DNA from: Candidatus Latescibacterota bacterium
Lineage (GTDB): Bacteria > Latescibacterota > UBA2968
Assembly: GCA_965207885.1 (NCBI GenBank)
Contig: OZ242311.1
Span: 1,088,001 to 1,152,000, forward strand
Direction of reading: 5' to 3'
DNA length: 64,000 bases
Shown in pieces: positions 50,457 through 58,858 of this stretch (its first letter is position 1; every line of letters begins with the position of its first letter). A program made the translations under genes and the position numbers. The notes below the pieces were generated by a model. That model was not told the DNA's origin. It saw only the letters and a program-made list of their open reading frames with translations, and ran no database searches.

Positions 50457-51320
50457 ATGGAATACACGCAACAAGGAACGCAGTACGCGCGCGAAGCTTC
50501 TGTTCAGAGCTATCTCAAGGAACTGCGCAAGTACCCCCCATTGAGCCGAGAAGAAGAACAAAAAGTCCTTCGCAAGGCCAAACGGGGAAATCAAGCGGCG
50601 ATTGACAAGATTATTACGTCAAACTTGCGTTTTGTCGTCAGTGTTGCGCTCGAATATCAGGGGCGGGGTGTGCCCCTTGCCGATTTGATTGCCGAGGGCA
50701 ATATGGGTTTGATGGAAGCCCTCAAGCGATTTGACGAAGAACGCGGGTTTAAGTTTATCAGCTATGCCGTGTGGTGGATTCGGCAGTGCATTCTCAATGC
50801 GCTCAAGCGCACGTCTAATGTGGTTATGCCTGCAAATCGCCAGGAGGATATGGACCGGATGGCGCGCCGCTGGGGACAGATGACCCAGGAACTGGGGCGC
50901 GTGCCCACGCTGGACGAAGTTGCCAGCGATATGAAGATCAGCAACAAACGCGCAGAGCGGGCGTTGCGCTGTGTGCGCCCAGATCTGTCTCTTTCTATGC
51001 CCGTAGATACGGCGGGCGAGCAGCCGCTTCAGAATATACTCGAGGCCGATGAAGAGGATCCAGATCAACTCGTGATATACCGGGATCAGTCCGAGTTTAT
51101 ATTACGGTCTCTCAATGATTCTCTGGATCCCCGGGAGCGAGATGTTATTCGCGCTTATTTTGGTCTCGACGGAGGTGAGCGCCGGACGCTGAGTGATATT
51201 GGCTGTTCTCTGGGTGTTACCCGAGAGCGCGTGCGCCAGATTCGCAACCGCGCCCTTGCCAAGTTGCAGCGATATTTTCGGAGAAATGTTCCGGGTGGAA
51301 AAGTGGAAGATCTGGTCTGA
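50457..51320 (+). CDS. RNA polymerase sigma-70 factor, RpoD/SigA family lacking region 1.1
   Basis: YLKEL..PLS.EEE, NLRFVVSVA, DLIAEGNMGL, GFKFISYAVWWIRQ, TRERVRQI; start may be as far upstream as 50373. Confidence 0.9.
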   Translation: MEYTQQGTQYAREASVQSYLKELRKYPPLSREEEQKVLRKAKRGNQAAIDKIITSNLRFVVSVALEYQGRGVPLADLIAEGNMGLMEALKRFDEERGFKFISYAVWWIRQCILNALKRTSNVVMPANRQEDMDRMARRWGQMTQELGRVPTLDEVASDMKISNKRAERALRCVRPDLSLSMPVDTAGEQPLQNILEADEEDPDQLVIYRDQSEFILRSLNDSLDPRERDVIRAYFGLDGGERRTLSDIGCSLGVTRERVRQIRNRALAKLQRYFRRNVPGGKVEDLV

Positions 51321-51341
51321 TACCATCTTATCTTCGGAGTA

Positions 51342-51376
51342 TAAAGGCGGTTCTGGTTTTTCCAGGGCCGCCTTTA
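51342..51376. terminator. Hairpin/terminator after the sigma factor gene
   Basis: TAAAGGCGGTTCTGG..CCAGGGCCGCCTTTA. Confidence 0.55.
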
Positions 51377-51479
51377 CTGTGTAAAGCAGTTTTAGCAAAT
51401 GCCTTGAAAAGGGTTGATTTATTCAAAAATGGAGTGTAGATTCTACACGCTTTCTGGATCCTTTTAACCCGCCTCACTT

Positions 51480-52271
51480 TTGAGCTTCCCCCTCGCTATG
51501 GGCCGATTATTTGCATTCCTCGGTGGGCAACTCGCCGCATTTTTTATCCAGGTTTTCCAGATGTTTTGCTATGGCGTCCAGTGCGTGACGGAAATGCGGC
51601 ATATCTACCTCTATCGACATCAGATTATCGGACAGTGTTATGCTGTTGGGGTTAGCTCTCTGCCTCTGGTTTGTCTGATTTCGGCTTTTAGCGGGATGGC
51701 GATCGCTATTCAGACGGCTTATCAGATGGAAGAGTACGTGCCCGACTATATGGTTGGTGCGCTTATGGTCCGCTCTGTGATACTCGTGCTGTCGCCTATT
51801 TTGTTGGGTCTCGTACTCGCGGGCAGGGTGGGTGCGGGCGTTGCGTCTGAACTCGGCACAATGAAAGTCTCAGAGCAAGTGGATGCGCTCGCGTCAATGG
51901 CTGTCGATCCAGTGGGGTATCTCATGTTGCCCCGAATGCTCGCGGGCGCGATTATGGTTCCAGTTCTCGTGATTTATTCCTTTTTGGTCGCGAATATCTG
52001 CGGGTTTGGTATGTCGATGATCAAGATGGCTATTACGCCTACAGAGTTGGTCAAAGGTATGAAGCTCTATTTTGAGGTGTATGATGTTTTTGTCGGGTTG
52101 GTCAAATCCTTTGTTTATGGTGGGTTGCTGACGTTTATGGGGTCTTACAAGGGGCTTTGCACTGCAGGCGGCGCACAGGGCGTTGGACGGGCTGCTACGG
52201 CTGCAGTTGTGATATCTTCTGCGCTGGTTCTCATTCTCGATTATTTTTTAACACACGCGTTGTTGTATTAA
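51480..52271 (+). CDS. mlaE: MlaE-family ABC permease
   Basis: AGRVGAG.ASELGTMKVSEQVDAL..MAVDP, GGAQGVGRA.T.AVV. Confidence 0.9.
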   Translation: MSFPLAMGRLFAFLGGQLAAFFIQVFQMFCYGVQCVTEMRHIYLYRHQIIGQCYAVGVSSLPLVCLISAFSGMAIAIQTAYQMEEYVPDYMVGALMVRSVILVLSPILLGLVLAGRVGAGVASELGTMKVSEQVDALASMAVDPVGYLMLPRMLAGAIMVPVLVIYSFLVANICGFGMSMIKMAITPTELVKGMKLYFEVYDVFVGLVKSFVYGGLLTFMGSYKGLCTAGGAQGVGRAATAAVVISSALVLILDYFLTHALLY

Positions 52272-52274
52272 ACT

Positions 52275-53018
52275 ATGGCAAATGAAACGGCTATTGAGTT
52301 TGTCGAGGTGTTTAAGTCTTTTGAAGCACAACCCGTGCTGAAAGGGCTTGACCTGCGGGTTCCCCGGTCTGAGATTACGACGATTTTGGGACCGAGTGGA
52401 TGCGGCAAAAGTGTGACCTTAAAGCATGTGATTGGGATTGAGCGGGCCGATGAGGGAAAGGTCGTCGTTGCCGGTTATGACATGGAGCGGATTCGCCATG
52501 GCGAGTTGATCGAGTTGCGCAAGCGCATCGGGGTTTTATTTCAGTCTTCGGCACTTTTTGATTCTATGACGGTGAAAGAAAATGTGGCTTTTGGGTTGCG
52601 TATGCACACCAGGATGTCCGAAGAAGAGATTGCAGAGCGCGTGCATATCTGTCTCGATGCCGTGCGGTTGGCAGGTACAGAGGCCAAGATGCCGGTTGAG
52701 TTGTCGGGGGGAATGAGAAAACGCGCAGCACTTGCGCGGGCCATTGCGATGGAACCCGATTTTATTCTTTACGATGAGCCCACAACGGGTCTGGATCCAA
52801 ATACATCCAGTGTTGTGGGTGACTATATATTGAAATTGCAATCGGAACTCAATGTGACATCGGTGGTCGTCACCCACGATATGCCCCTTGCCCGGCGCGT
52901 TTCAGATCGGATTGCTCTGCTCTATGACGGCAAAGCTGTGGTTCAAGGTGCAATGGAAGATGTCGAGGCATCTGGCAATGAGTTTTTTGAATTATTTATT
53001 CAGGGCAAGTTGGGGTAA
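52275..53018 (+). CDS. mlaF: MlaF-family ABC ATPase
   Basis: GPSGCGKS, LFQSSALFDSMTV, LSGGMRKR, LYDEPTTGLDP. Confidence 0.9.
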   Translation: MANETAIEFVEVFKSFEAQPVLKGLDLRVPRSEITTILGPSGCGKSVTLKHVIGIERADEGKVVVAGYDMERIRHGELIELRKRIGVLFQSSALFDSMTVKENVAFGLRMHTRMSEEEIAERVHICLDAVRLAGTEAKMPVELSGGMRKRAALARAIAMEPDFILYDEPTTGLDPNTSSVVGDYILKLQSELNVTSVVVTHDMPLARRVSDRIALLYDGKAVVQGAMEDVEASGNEFFELFIQGKLG

Positions 53019-53021
53019 CTT

Positions 53022-53933
53022 ATGAGAAATCGTCGGCAAGAAATTATTCTGGGTGCAGTTGTATTTTTTGCAGCCGTTATTCTGGTGGTCGGCACGGTGT
53101 GGCTCTCTGAGCGCTATGCAGGTGCGGCTGGCGGATATCGCATCCATGCTAAGTTCGACAGTGTGCCGGGGCTTCAAGTGGGCAATCCCGTGACGTTTCG
53201 CGGGGTGCGGGTGGGAAAGGTATTGTCTATTACTCTTGAGGATGGGCTGCCTTTTGTTGCGCTCGGATTTGCCTCAGTGAGAGATTTACCCGTGGATTCT
53301 CGTTTTTTACTCAAATCCGACGGTCTGCTGGGTGGGCAGATGATCGAAATTCAGTTGGGAGAGTCGGAACAGCGTCTTCCAGATGGCGCTGTTGTGGAGG
53401 GGACTTCTGCTTCTGATCTCGATGCAATGGTGTCTGAAAGCAGGCTTATGATCGAAAAGATTCGCAATGCAGTAGATGGCGTAGCCAGTGATAACAATCT
53501 CGCGCATCTGGAAAGCGTTCTTTCGCGTATTGATACGACCACGTACTATCTCAACCGATTATTGAATGACGATAATCTGGGTAAGGTCGATAAGATGCTC
53601 GACAGTTTGGCGGTGGCGACGGGCGATGCGAGTGGTTTGATGCGGGATAATCGCGAAAATTTGAGTGTTGCAGTGACCAATATAGCTGTGACGATGGAAC
53701 GCCTTGCGCGGATTTCGGCACAGATGGAATCGACTTCGGTTGCAATGCAGAATACATTTGCCAATCTCGATGATATTTCCAAAGGGATACGAGACGGACG
53801 CGGTACGGTCGGGCGTTTGGTTAAGGACGAAGCCGTGTACGAGCATCTGGATCGCACACTGACGTCTGTGGATAGTCTTATTGAAGATATCAAGCGGAAT
53901 CCCAAACGCTATCTCACCATTGAGATATTTTGA
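53022..53933 (+). CDS. mlaD: MlaD/MCE-domain protein with helical extension
   Basis: N-terminal TM, GLQVGNPV..RGVRVGKV, GLLG, GTVGRLV.D..VY, DIKRNPKRY. Confidence 0.85.
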   Translation: MRNRRQEIILGAVVFFAAVILVVGTVWLSERYAGAAGGYRIHAKFDSVPGLQVGNPVTFRGVRVGKVLSITLEDGLPFVALGFASVRDLPVDSRFLLKSDGLLGGQMIEIQLGESEQRLPDGAVVEGTSASDLDAMVSESRLMIEKIRNAVDGVASDNNLAHLESVLSRIDTTTYYLNRLLNDDNLGKVDKMLDSLAVATGDASGLMRDNRENLSVAVTNIAVTMERLARISAQMESTSVAMQNTFANLDDISKGIRDGRGTVGRLVKDEAVYEHLDRTLTSVDSLIEDIKRNPKRYLTIEIF

Positions 53934-53943
53934 GGAGTTCACT

Positions 53944-54816
53944 ATGGTTATCAAGATTCTGCTTTTGCTCGTTGCTCTTGCATCTACAATCTCAGCTACC
54001 GATCTGGCGTGGTTTCATTGGAAGGATAATGACGCGATCTCTTTTGGCGGATTTGTACCCGAGATGCGAGCCGTAAAAGCAATTGTGGGAGAAGGTGATG
54101 AGGCACCGCGCATTGTGTATGGCGACCGTCATGGGGCCATTTATGTGCTGGAAATGCAAGGGGGGCGCTTTCGAGAGGTGTGGAGAAGTCCTCCACTGAG
54201 AGCGGAGATTGCAGAAGTTTTTGTTCTGGATATCGATGTCGATGACGAGCTCGAGATCGTTGCATATACCCATGCTGGAGATATTGCTTTTTATCGTGCC
54301 AGCGATTTTCATGAGATATGGCGAAGCACGGACGATGAGTTTGCATCGGTTTCGGCTATGGTGATTGAAAATATCGATGACGACCCGCAACTCGAGCTGG
54401 TGTTTTGCGGCGAGGATGCCGCAGAGAGTCGGAGCTATCGACCGCCGGGTGGCTCACGCGATAATTCCGATCAGGATCGCGCTGCACAAATTGGGCGCTT
54501 GTTTGTGTTTGATTGCAAAAATCTGTTTTTAGAATGGCGCAGCGAGCAGGGGCTGTGGGCACAGAGTATGGCTGTTGGCGATCTCGATGACGACGGTGAG
54601 CTTGAGATTGCACTCAATACGGGGTTTGTTATTGGCGCGACTTATCAACGCGTTGAGTGGGAATACCTCGATGGCTTTGGTGATAAGATTGGGTACGCTG
54701 ATCTCGATGGCGATGGCATACCCGAGTTGATCGGCGAGACGAAAAAGCCCCGTCAATTTATTCGCATTTTTGATGTGGATCTGCAATCCGAAAGTTTTCT
54801 GAGTTCTGGTAGGTAG
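53944..54816 (+). CDS. Secreted FG-GAP/VCBS-repeat-like protein
   Basis: Signal peptide; repeats DIDVDDELEI, NIDDDPQLEL, DLDDDGELEI, DLDGDGIPEL. Confidence 0.65.
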   Translation: MVIKILLLLVALASTISATDLAWFHWKDNDAISFGGFVPEMRAVKAIVGEGDEAPRIVYGDRHGAIYVLEMQGGRFREVWRSPPLRAEIAEVFVLDIDVDDELEIVAYTHAGDIAFYRASDFHEIWRSTDDEFASVSAMVIENIDDDPQLELVFCGEDAAESRSYRPPGGSRDNSDQDRAAQIGRLFVFDCKNLFLEWRSEQGLWAQSMAVGDLDDDGELEIALNTGFVIGATYQRVEWEYLDGFGDKIGYADLDGDGIPELIGETKKPRQFIRIFDVDLQSESFLSSGR

Positions 54817-54865
54817 AAGTGTGAAGTAGGAAGTGTGAAGAGCAGCAGGCGTGACGATAGGAATA

Positions 54866-54906
54866 GCGATTGTCATTGCGGCATGATTTTGAGCCGCAAT
54901 CCAGAA
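54866..54906. repeat. 41-bp palindromic REP-like element, copy 1
   Basis: GCGATTGTCATTGCGGCATGATTTTGAGCCGCAATCCAGAA; near-identical to 55171-55211. Confidence 0.75.
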
Positions 54907-54931
54907 GATTTTCGCTGATCGCTTGTTTATC

Positions 54932-54960
54932 TTGACGGTCTCTGGCAAAATGGGTAAATT
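54932..54960 (+). promoter_or_regulatory. Sigma-70 promoter of tRNA-Pro
   Basis: TTGACG-17 nt-TAAATT, 18 nt upstream of the tRNA. Confidence 0.6.
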
Positions 54961-54978
54961 TATTTGTGAACGAGTTGT

Positions 54979-55055
54979 CGGAGCGTAGCGCAGCTCGGTA
55001 GCGCACCATCTTGGGGTGATGGGGGTCGCTGGTTCAAATCCAGTCGCTCCGACCA
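54979..55055 (+). tRNA. tRNA-Pro (GGG)
   Basis: CGGAGCG/CGCTCCG acceptor stem, anticodon arm CCATC-TTGGGGT-GATGG, GGTTCAAATCC T-arm, encoded CCA; 77 nt. Confidence 0.97.
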
Positions 55056-55065
55056 TAATAATACG

Positions 55066-55098
55066 GGGGTTATGCTTTTATTGCATAACCCCTTGTTT
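55066..55098 (+). terminator. tRNA terminator
   Basis: GGGGTTATGC..GCATAACCCC then TTGTTTT. Confidence 0.65.
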
Positions 55099-55170
55099 TG
55101 TGATGGTTAAACAGATTGGTAACTATTTAGTGTATCGTGACAAAAGAGTCTATCTATATCAATCTTACTT

Positions 55171-55211
55171 GCGATTGTCATTGCGGCATGGTGTTGAGCC
55201 GCAATCCAGAA
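55171..55211. repeat. 41-bp palindromic REP-like element, copy 2
   Basis: GCGATTGTCATTGCGGCATGGTGTTGAGCCGCAATCCAGAA. Confidence 0.75.
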
Positions 55212-55266
55212 AAATCATGGGCGACTACTTAAACGAATTTTAGCTAAATAGAAGGAGGTTTGTGCA

Positions 55267-56310
55267 ATGTCGGACAATGATGCAACATATTTGGGATTTA
55301 CAGCGATATTCAGATTTATGGATTCTGAAGATAAATATATGGAGACTGTAGTCAAACGCGCAATTGATTCACGAAATAAGGTGTTACAAGAAACGCGAAG
55401 GTTACTCAACTCGGCTATACGCGAGTACATAAGAGTTGATGGGTACAAAAATACAGATCGCGCGCCAGTTCATTATCTCATGGAGCCTGTTCTGGAGGAG
55501 GAACGCGAGAGGAGGCCCAGGCGGGTGAAGCTGGAGAATCGCCTCTTGCCGCTCATAGACCGCATCGATCGGCTCATGAGCAAGTCTCCCATGCCGCCGA
55601 TAGAGGAAGAACAAGAATCCCCTTTTCCAGACGCGCAACAACTCGCTCAAGAACTCGATAATCAACGTGCGTTTTCCGATGACGATTACTCTTCTTTGCT
55701 ATCGGAGAATCAACATCTCAATGGCGAGATTGAATCGCTGCAAAGCCAATTGCACAAGCGTCAGGATGAGATGGAAAAGCTGCAAAAGGAGGCCGAGAGG
55801 TGGCGAAAATACTACATTGAGGAGGCGAGCAAGGAGGTGGCAACCACGGGTGAAGATGAGGACTTAGTCATTGAGAGCGTGAATGATGCTGTTGAGCTTG
55901 CCAAAGAAAGGTTCGACGATAAACTTTACTTCCAACTCAATGGGAAATCGCGCGTTGAAGATAACCCATTCAAGCATCCCAAAGCCGTGTGGGACGCACT
56001 ACAATGGCTGGCGACCACGTATTATGGGGCTCGCATGGGGAAAAACAGTCTAACAAGTCCCGATGTGTCCATTCGGAAAGCGTGTAAGTGGTGGTACAAG
56101 GGGCACCAGAGCGATATAACAATGAACAAGTACGAGGATTGGTACACCACTAAAATTGGTCACAAGACCCATTGGCTAAAAAAGCACATCGGAACGGGAA
56201 GCAGTAAGGATGCGCGCTATACCATTCGGGTCGCTTTTGATTGGGACAAGAGCAAGGAGCGCATCGTTATTGGATACATCGGTCAGCACCAACAGACAGA
56301 TGCGACATGA
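55267..56310 (+). CDS. Hypothetical protein: coiled coil plus putative RelE-like nuclease/toxin C-terminal domain
   Basis: RBS AAGGAGG; heptad region; C-terminus KKHIGTG..KDARYTIRVAFDWD....IVIGYIGQH. Confidence 0.6.
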   Translation: MSDNDATYLGFTAIFRFMDSEDKYMETVVKRAIDSRNKVLQETRRLLNSAIREYIRVDGYKNTDRAPVHYLMEPVLEEERERRPRRVKLENRLLPLIDRIDRLMSKSPMPPIEEEQESPFPDAQQLAQELDNQRAFSDDDYSSLLSENQHLNGEIESLQSQLHKRQDEMEKLQKEAERWRKYYIEEASKEVATTGEDEDLVIESVNDAVELAKERFDDKLYFQLNGKSRVEDNPFKHPKAVWDALQWLATTYYGARMGKNSLTSPDVSIRKACKWWYKGHQSDITMNKYEDWYTTKIGHKTHWLKKHIGTGSSKDARYTIRVAFDWDKSKERIVIGYIGQHQQTDAT

Positions 56311-56332
56311 GAAGTATGAAGTGTGATTTCCC

Positions 56333-56434
56333 GTAGGGGCGAGGCATGCCTCGCCCGTGCTTGTCATCGCGCCCTAGTGTTGTAGTGGCAACCCTCGTGG
56401 TTGCCCGATTGTAGGGGCGAAAAATCTTTCGCCC
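56333..56434 (+). repeat. Cluster of three GTAG-type REP palindromes
   Basis: GTAGGGGCGAGGCATGCCTCGCCC, GTAGTGGCAACCCTCGTGGTTGCCC, GTAGGGGCGAAAAATCTTTCGCCC. Confidence 0.75.
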
Positions 56435-56600
56435 GCTGGTCGCGGCATTACTGAATACAGTCTTTTCAGCACAGGCCCTGCCGCGACTACTACCCTCCTG
56501 CCTGCCCTGTGTTCTTCAGGGTATTTTTATTGGACCTCCTCTTTCTCTCGAAAAAGTAGAAATATGAGGGAAAATGACACATATGCGGAATATTTTTGAA

Positions 56601-56630
56601 TTGCAATTTCGCAAACGATTGTGGTATAAT
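56601..56630 (+). promoter_or_regulatory. Sigma-70 promoter upstream of the AraC-type regulator
   Basis: TTGCAA-18 nt-TATAAT with extended -10 TG. Confidence 0.65.
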
Positions 56631-56631
56631 T

Positions 56632-56773
56632 AAAAAGCCGCCGACAAGACCTAGATAAAGTCATCTGTCAGCGGCGGGTTAGCCTGCTTGCGCGAGTGTC
56701 AGCGCGCAGGCAAGTATCTCAAGCGGACAACTTGAGAATACCCAAAAATAACGATCCAAATCTCAATTGTCAA
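56632..56773 (-). ncRNA. Putative cis-antisense RNA with three hairpins and its own promoter
   Basis: Minus-strand TTGACA (56773-56768)-17 nt-TATTTT; three stems; the last pairs better on the minus strand (G.U) and ends in U5. Confidence 0.45.
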
Positions 56774-56804
56774 CCATTGAGATTTTTGGCTTGCTGCTGG
56801 TGCT

Positions 56805-57494
56805 ATGGATAAGCAGAAAATTTTGATTATAGGTCATGCAATCTATACTATGTCGGAGTTCATAAGATTCGTGATTGATGGCCCTCATGAAGTATTTGCT
56901 GCGCCTGATGGGCGAGAAGGGCTTGAAATTTTAAGGAGCGAGCAGATAGACCTTGCCATAGCCGAGATGTATATAGAGGACGTTGATGGGGTACACTTTG
57001 CGAAGCGCGTACGGGCAGAGAAAATTCAGACAGATATCTTGCTCAGGGCAAGGTCTGAATCTCTAAATTTGGACGAAGAAGTACGCAAGACAAGCGTAAG
57101 TGTGTTCCCCATTATGAGAGATAAATTTTTGGTGAAGATCAAAACGTCTATGTCTTCGCAATATCCGTGGAAAACAGAGTTGGAATCATTTCTGAATGAG
57201 AAATACTGCAATCCAGAGCTAAAATTTGACGACCTTATGGACCATTTCCTGTTCTGTAGATCCTATGGTTGCAAACTGTTTAAAAAACATCTTGGCAAGA
57301 CCTTCTCGGAAATATTGAGGGAGACGAGAGTTGCAAAGGCACAACAGTATTTGATAGAAGAACCGTCATTGCTGATCTATGAAATATCAGACAAATGTGG
57401 GTTTCGTGAACAAAAGCGTTTGTATGAGGCTTTCATTAAAGTACACGGTATTTCGCCTACTGAGTACCGAAGAAGAAATGTAAATCAGGACTAA
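56805..57494 (+). CDS. AraC-family regulator with atypical receiver domain
   Basis: APDGREGLEIL..EQIDLAIAEM....DG receiver-like region; LFKKHLGKTF..IYEISDKCGF....F.KVHGISPTEYR AraC HTH. Confidence 0.82.
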   Translation: MDKQKILIIGHAIYTMSEFIRFVIDGPHEVFAAPDGREGLEILRSEQIDLAIAEMYIEDVDGVHFAKRVRAEKIQTDILLRARSESLNLDEEVRKTSVSVFPIMRDKFLVKIKTSMSSQYPWKTELESFLNEKYCNPELKFDDLMDHFLFCRSYGCKLFKKHLGKTFSEILRETRVAKAQQYLIEEPSLLIYEISDKCGFREQKRLYEAFIKVHGISPTEYRRRNVNQD

Positions 57495-57501
57495 TGTTGC
57501 G

Positions 57502-57567
57502 TTGCGCGTGTTCGTGACAGGTGCTGCGGGATTTATCGGAGCTAATGCGAGATGTCGGCTACAATAG
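57502..57567 (+). pseudogene. N-terminal remnant of an NAD-dependent epimerase/dehydratase
   Basis: Translates LRVFVTGAAGFIGAN, then unrelated sequence and a stop. Confidence 0.65.
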
Positions 57568-57648
57568 ATGTTTGAGTTGAATGTGCATTTGGTCGGTCTA
57601 AATCCATCAGTTTTAGCCGTTATCGCAACCTAATCTTATGTCTCCAGT

Positions 57649-58827
57649 ATGGGTTTAGCCACCAAACAGCCTGAATCTGATCATGAGATCAAGCTAAAGG
57701 GCTTCGAGTTTATAAGATTCTTCATTCTGTCTATTATCGCATCGAGTATTCTGCTTATTGCAGGGGTTGTGATTTTAGGCTGGGATGTCGAAATGGAAAT
57801 TAGTGTTGAGGCGTCGGGGCACGTTGAACCCGTTGAGAAAAAATTTGTCAAATCAGAGACCGTGGGGACGATAGAGAAGGTGCTTATTCACGCGGGTCAG
57901 CAGGTCGCAAAAGGGGATACGCTTTTTGTTCTCGGTGCTTCAGAGTGGAGAAAAGAGGCCGCGAAAATAGAAAAAGAGATTGCAATTAATCAACGACAGA
58001 GAGAGGAACTCAGAGAGACATTATTTTTTGATCGGCAAAGGATAGAATCAAGTCTTGACCAGGCGCGGCTCGAACACGAAGCAAGCGGTCTTAGGCTTGA
58101 ACAGATTTTACAGGAGCAACAATTGTATCAAAAATATCTGAAAGAGAGAAAGGAACGGACACGACCTCTTGAGACGCTTTTACCTGTAAAACTTCAGGAG
58201 AACAATCTCAACCGTGTTCAGCAACGCATGACCTATCTGAAAATTGAGCGTGATGCTCTGGCTGTTAGAGAGAAAGAAATCCAAACTTTGAAACTGGTGG
58301 GGGATAAGCTCATGCAAGAACGCGATTGGATTCAGGAACAGATACGGAAAACCACCATCACTTCCCCAATCGCAGGTATTATTCTGACATCAGATATTGA
58401 GACGATTGAGGGCGATAGGGTTTCGGTTGGTAGTCCGGTATTGGAATTGGCGCAGTTAAATGAATGGCAGGCGAGGGTTTTTGTGCAAGAGGTGGATATT
58501 TCAAAAATTGAAATGGGTCAAGATGTCAAGTTGTACATCCATGCGTTTCCGCATATGAATTACAAAATTTTTAGTGGTAGGGTTAGCGAATTGCCCAGCC
58601 GGAATCAAGTCGTGCCTCCCAATGCAACGGCTCTGACATTATACCCGGTGAAGATATTGATCGATGAACCTTTTGTTCGCAGTGGTGATCAGGTCTATCC
58701 GGTGGCGTATGGCATGCGGTTAGATGCGAAGATCATTATTGAAAGAAATTTTTTATGGGAAATTGCGTGGAAAAAGATAAAAGAGGCTTTTGGTATCGTT
58801 GACAAGAAAAATCCGTTGGTTTTTTAA
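57649..58827 (+). CDS. HlyD-family membrane fusion protein
   Basis: N-terminal TM, GQQVAKGDTLF, coiled coil, ITSPIAG, DISKIEMGQ.V, YPVK, GM..DAKII. Confidence 0.88.
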   Translation: MGLATKQPESDHEIKLKGFEFIRFFILSIIASSILLIAGVVILGWDVEMEISVEASGHVEPVEKKFVKSETVGTIEKVLIHAGQQVAKGDTLFVLGASEWRKEAAKIEKEIAINQRQREELRETLFFDRQRIESSLDQARLEHEASGLRLEQILQEQQLYQKYLKERKERTRPLETLLPVKLQENNLNRVQQRMTYLKIERDALAVREKEIQTLKLVGDKLMQERDWIQEQIRKTTITSPIAGIILTSDIETIEGDRVSVGSPVLELAQLNEWQARVFVQEVDISKIEMGQDVKLYIHAFPHMNYKIFSGRVSELPSRNQVVPPNATALTLYPVKILIDEPFVRSGDQVYPVAYGMRLDAKIIIERNFLWEIAWKKIKEAFGIVDKKNPLVF

Positions 58828-58858
58828 TTGATGACAGGCAAACCGGAGATCGGGAATC

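Noticed and set aside
50457-51320. Calling the sigma factor rpoD
   Set aside because: Short sigma-70 paralog; primary versus alternative role cannot be decided from this window
54813-54840. Short AAGTGTGAAG repeats (also near 470 and 56311)
   Set aside because: Low-complexity intergenic filler after stop codons; too short to assign a function
54529-55243. ORFs overlapping the tRNA (54529-55056, 54758-55009, 55016-55243)
   Set aside because: Translation artefacts of tRNA-Pro
56333-56434. Possible mini-CRISPR array
   Set aside because: Repeats are not identical, spacers are irregular and there are no cas genes; they fit GTAG REPs
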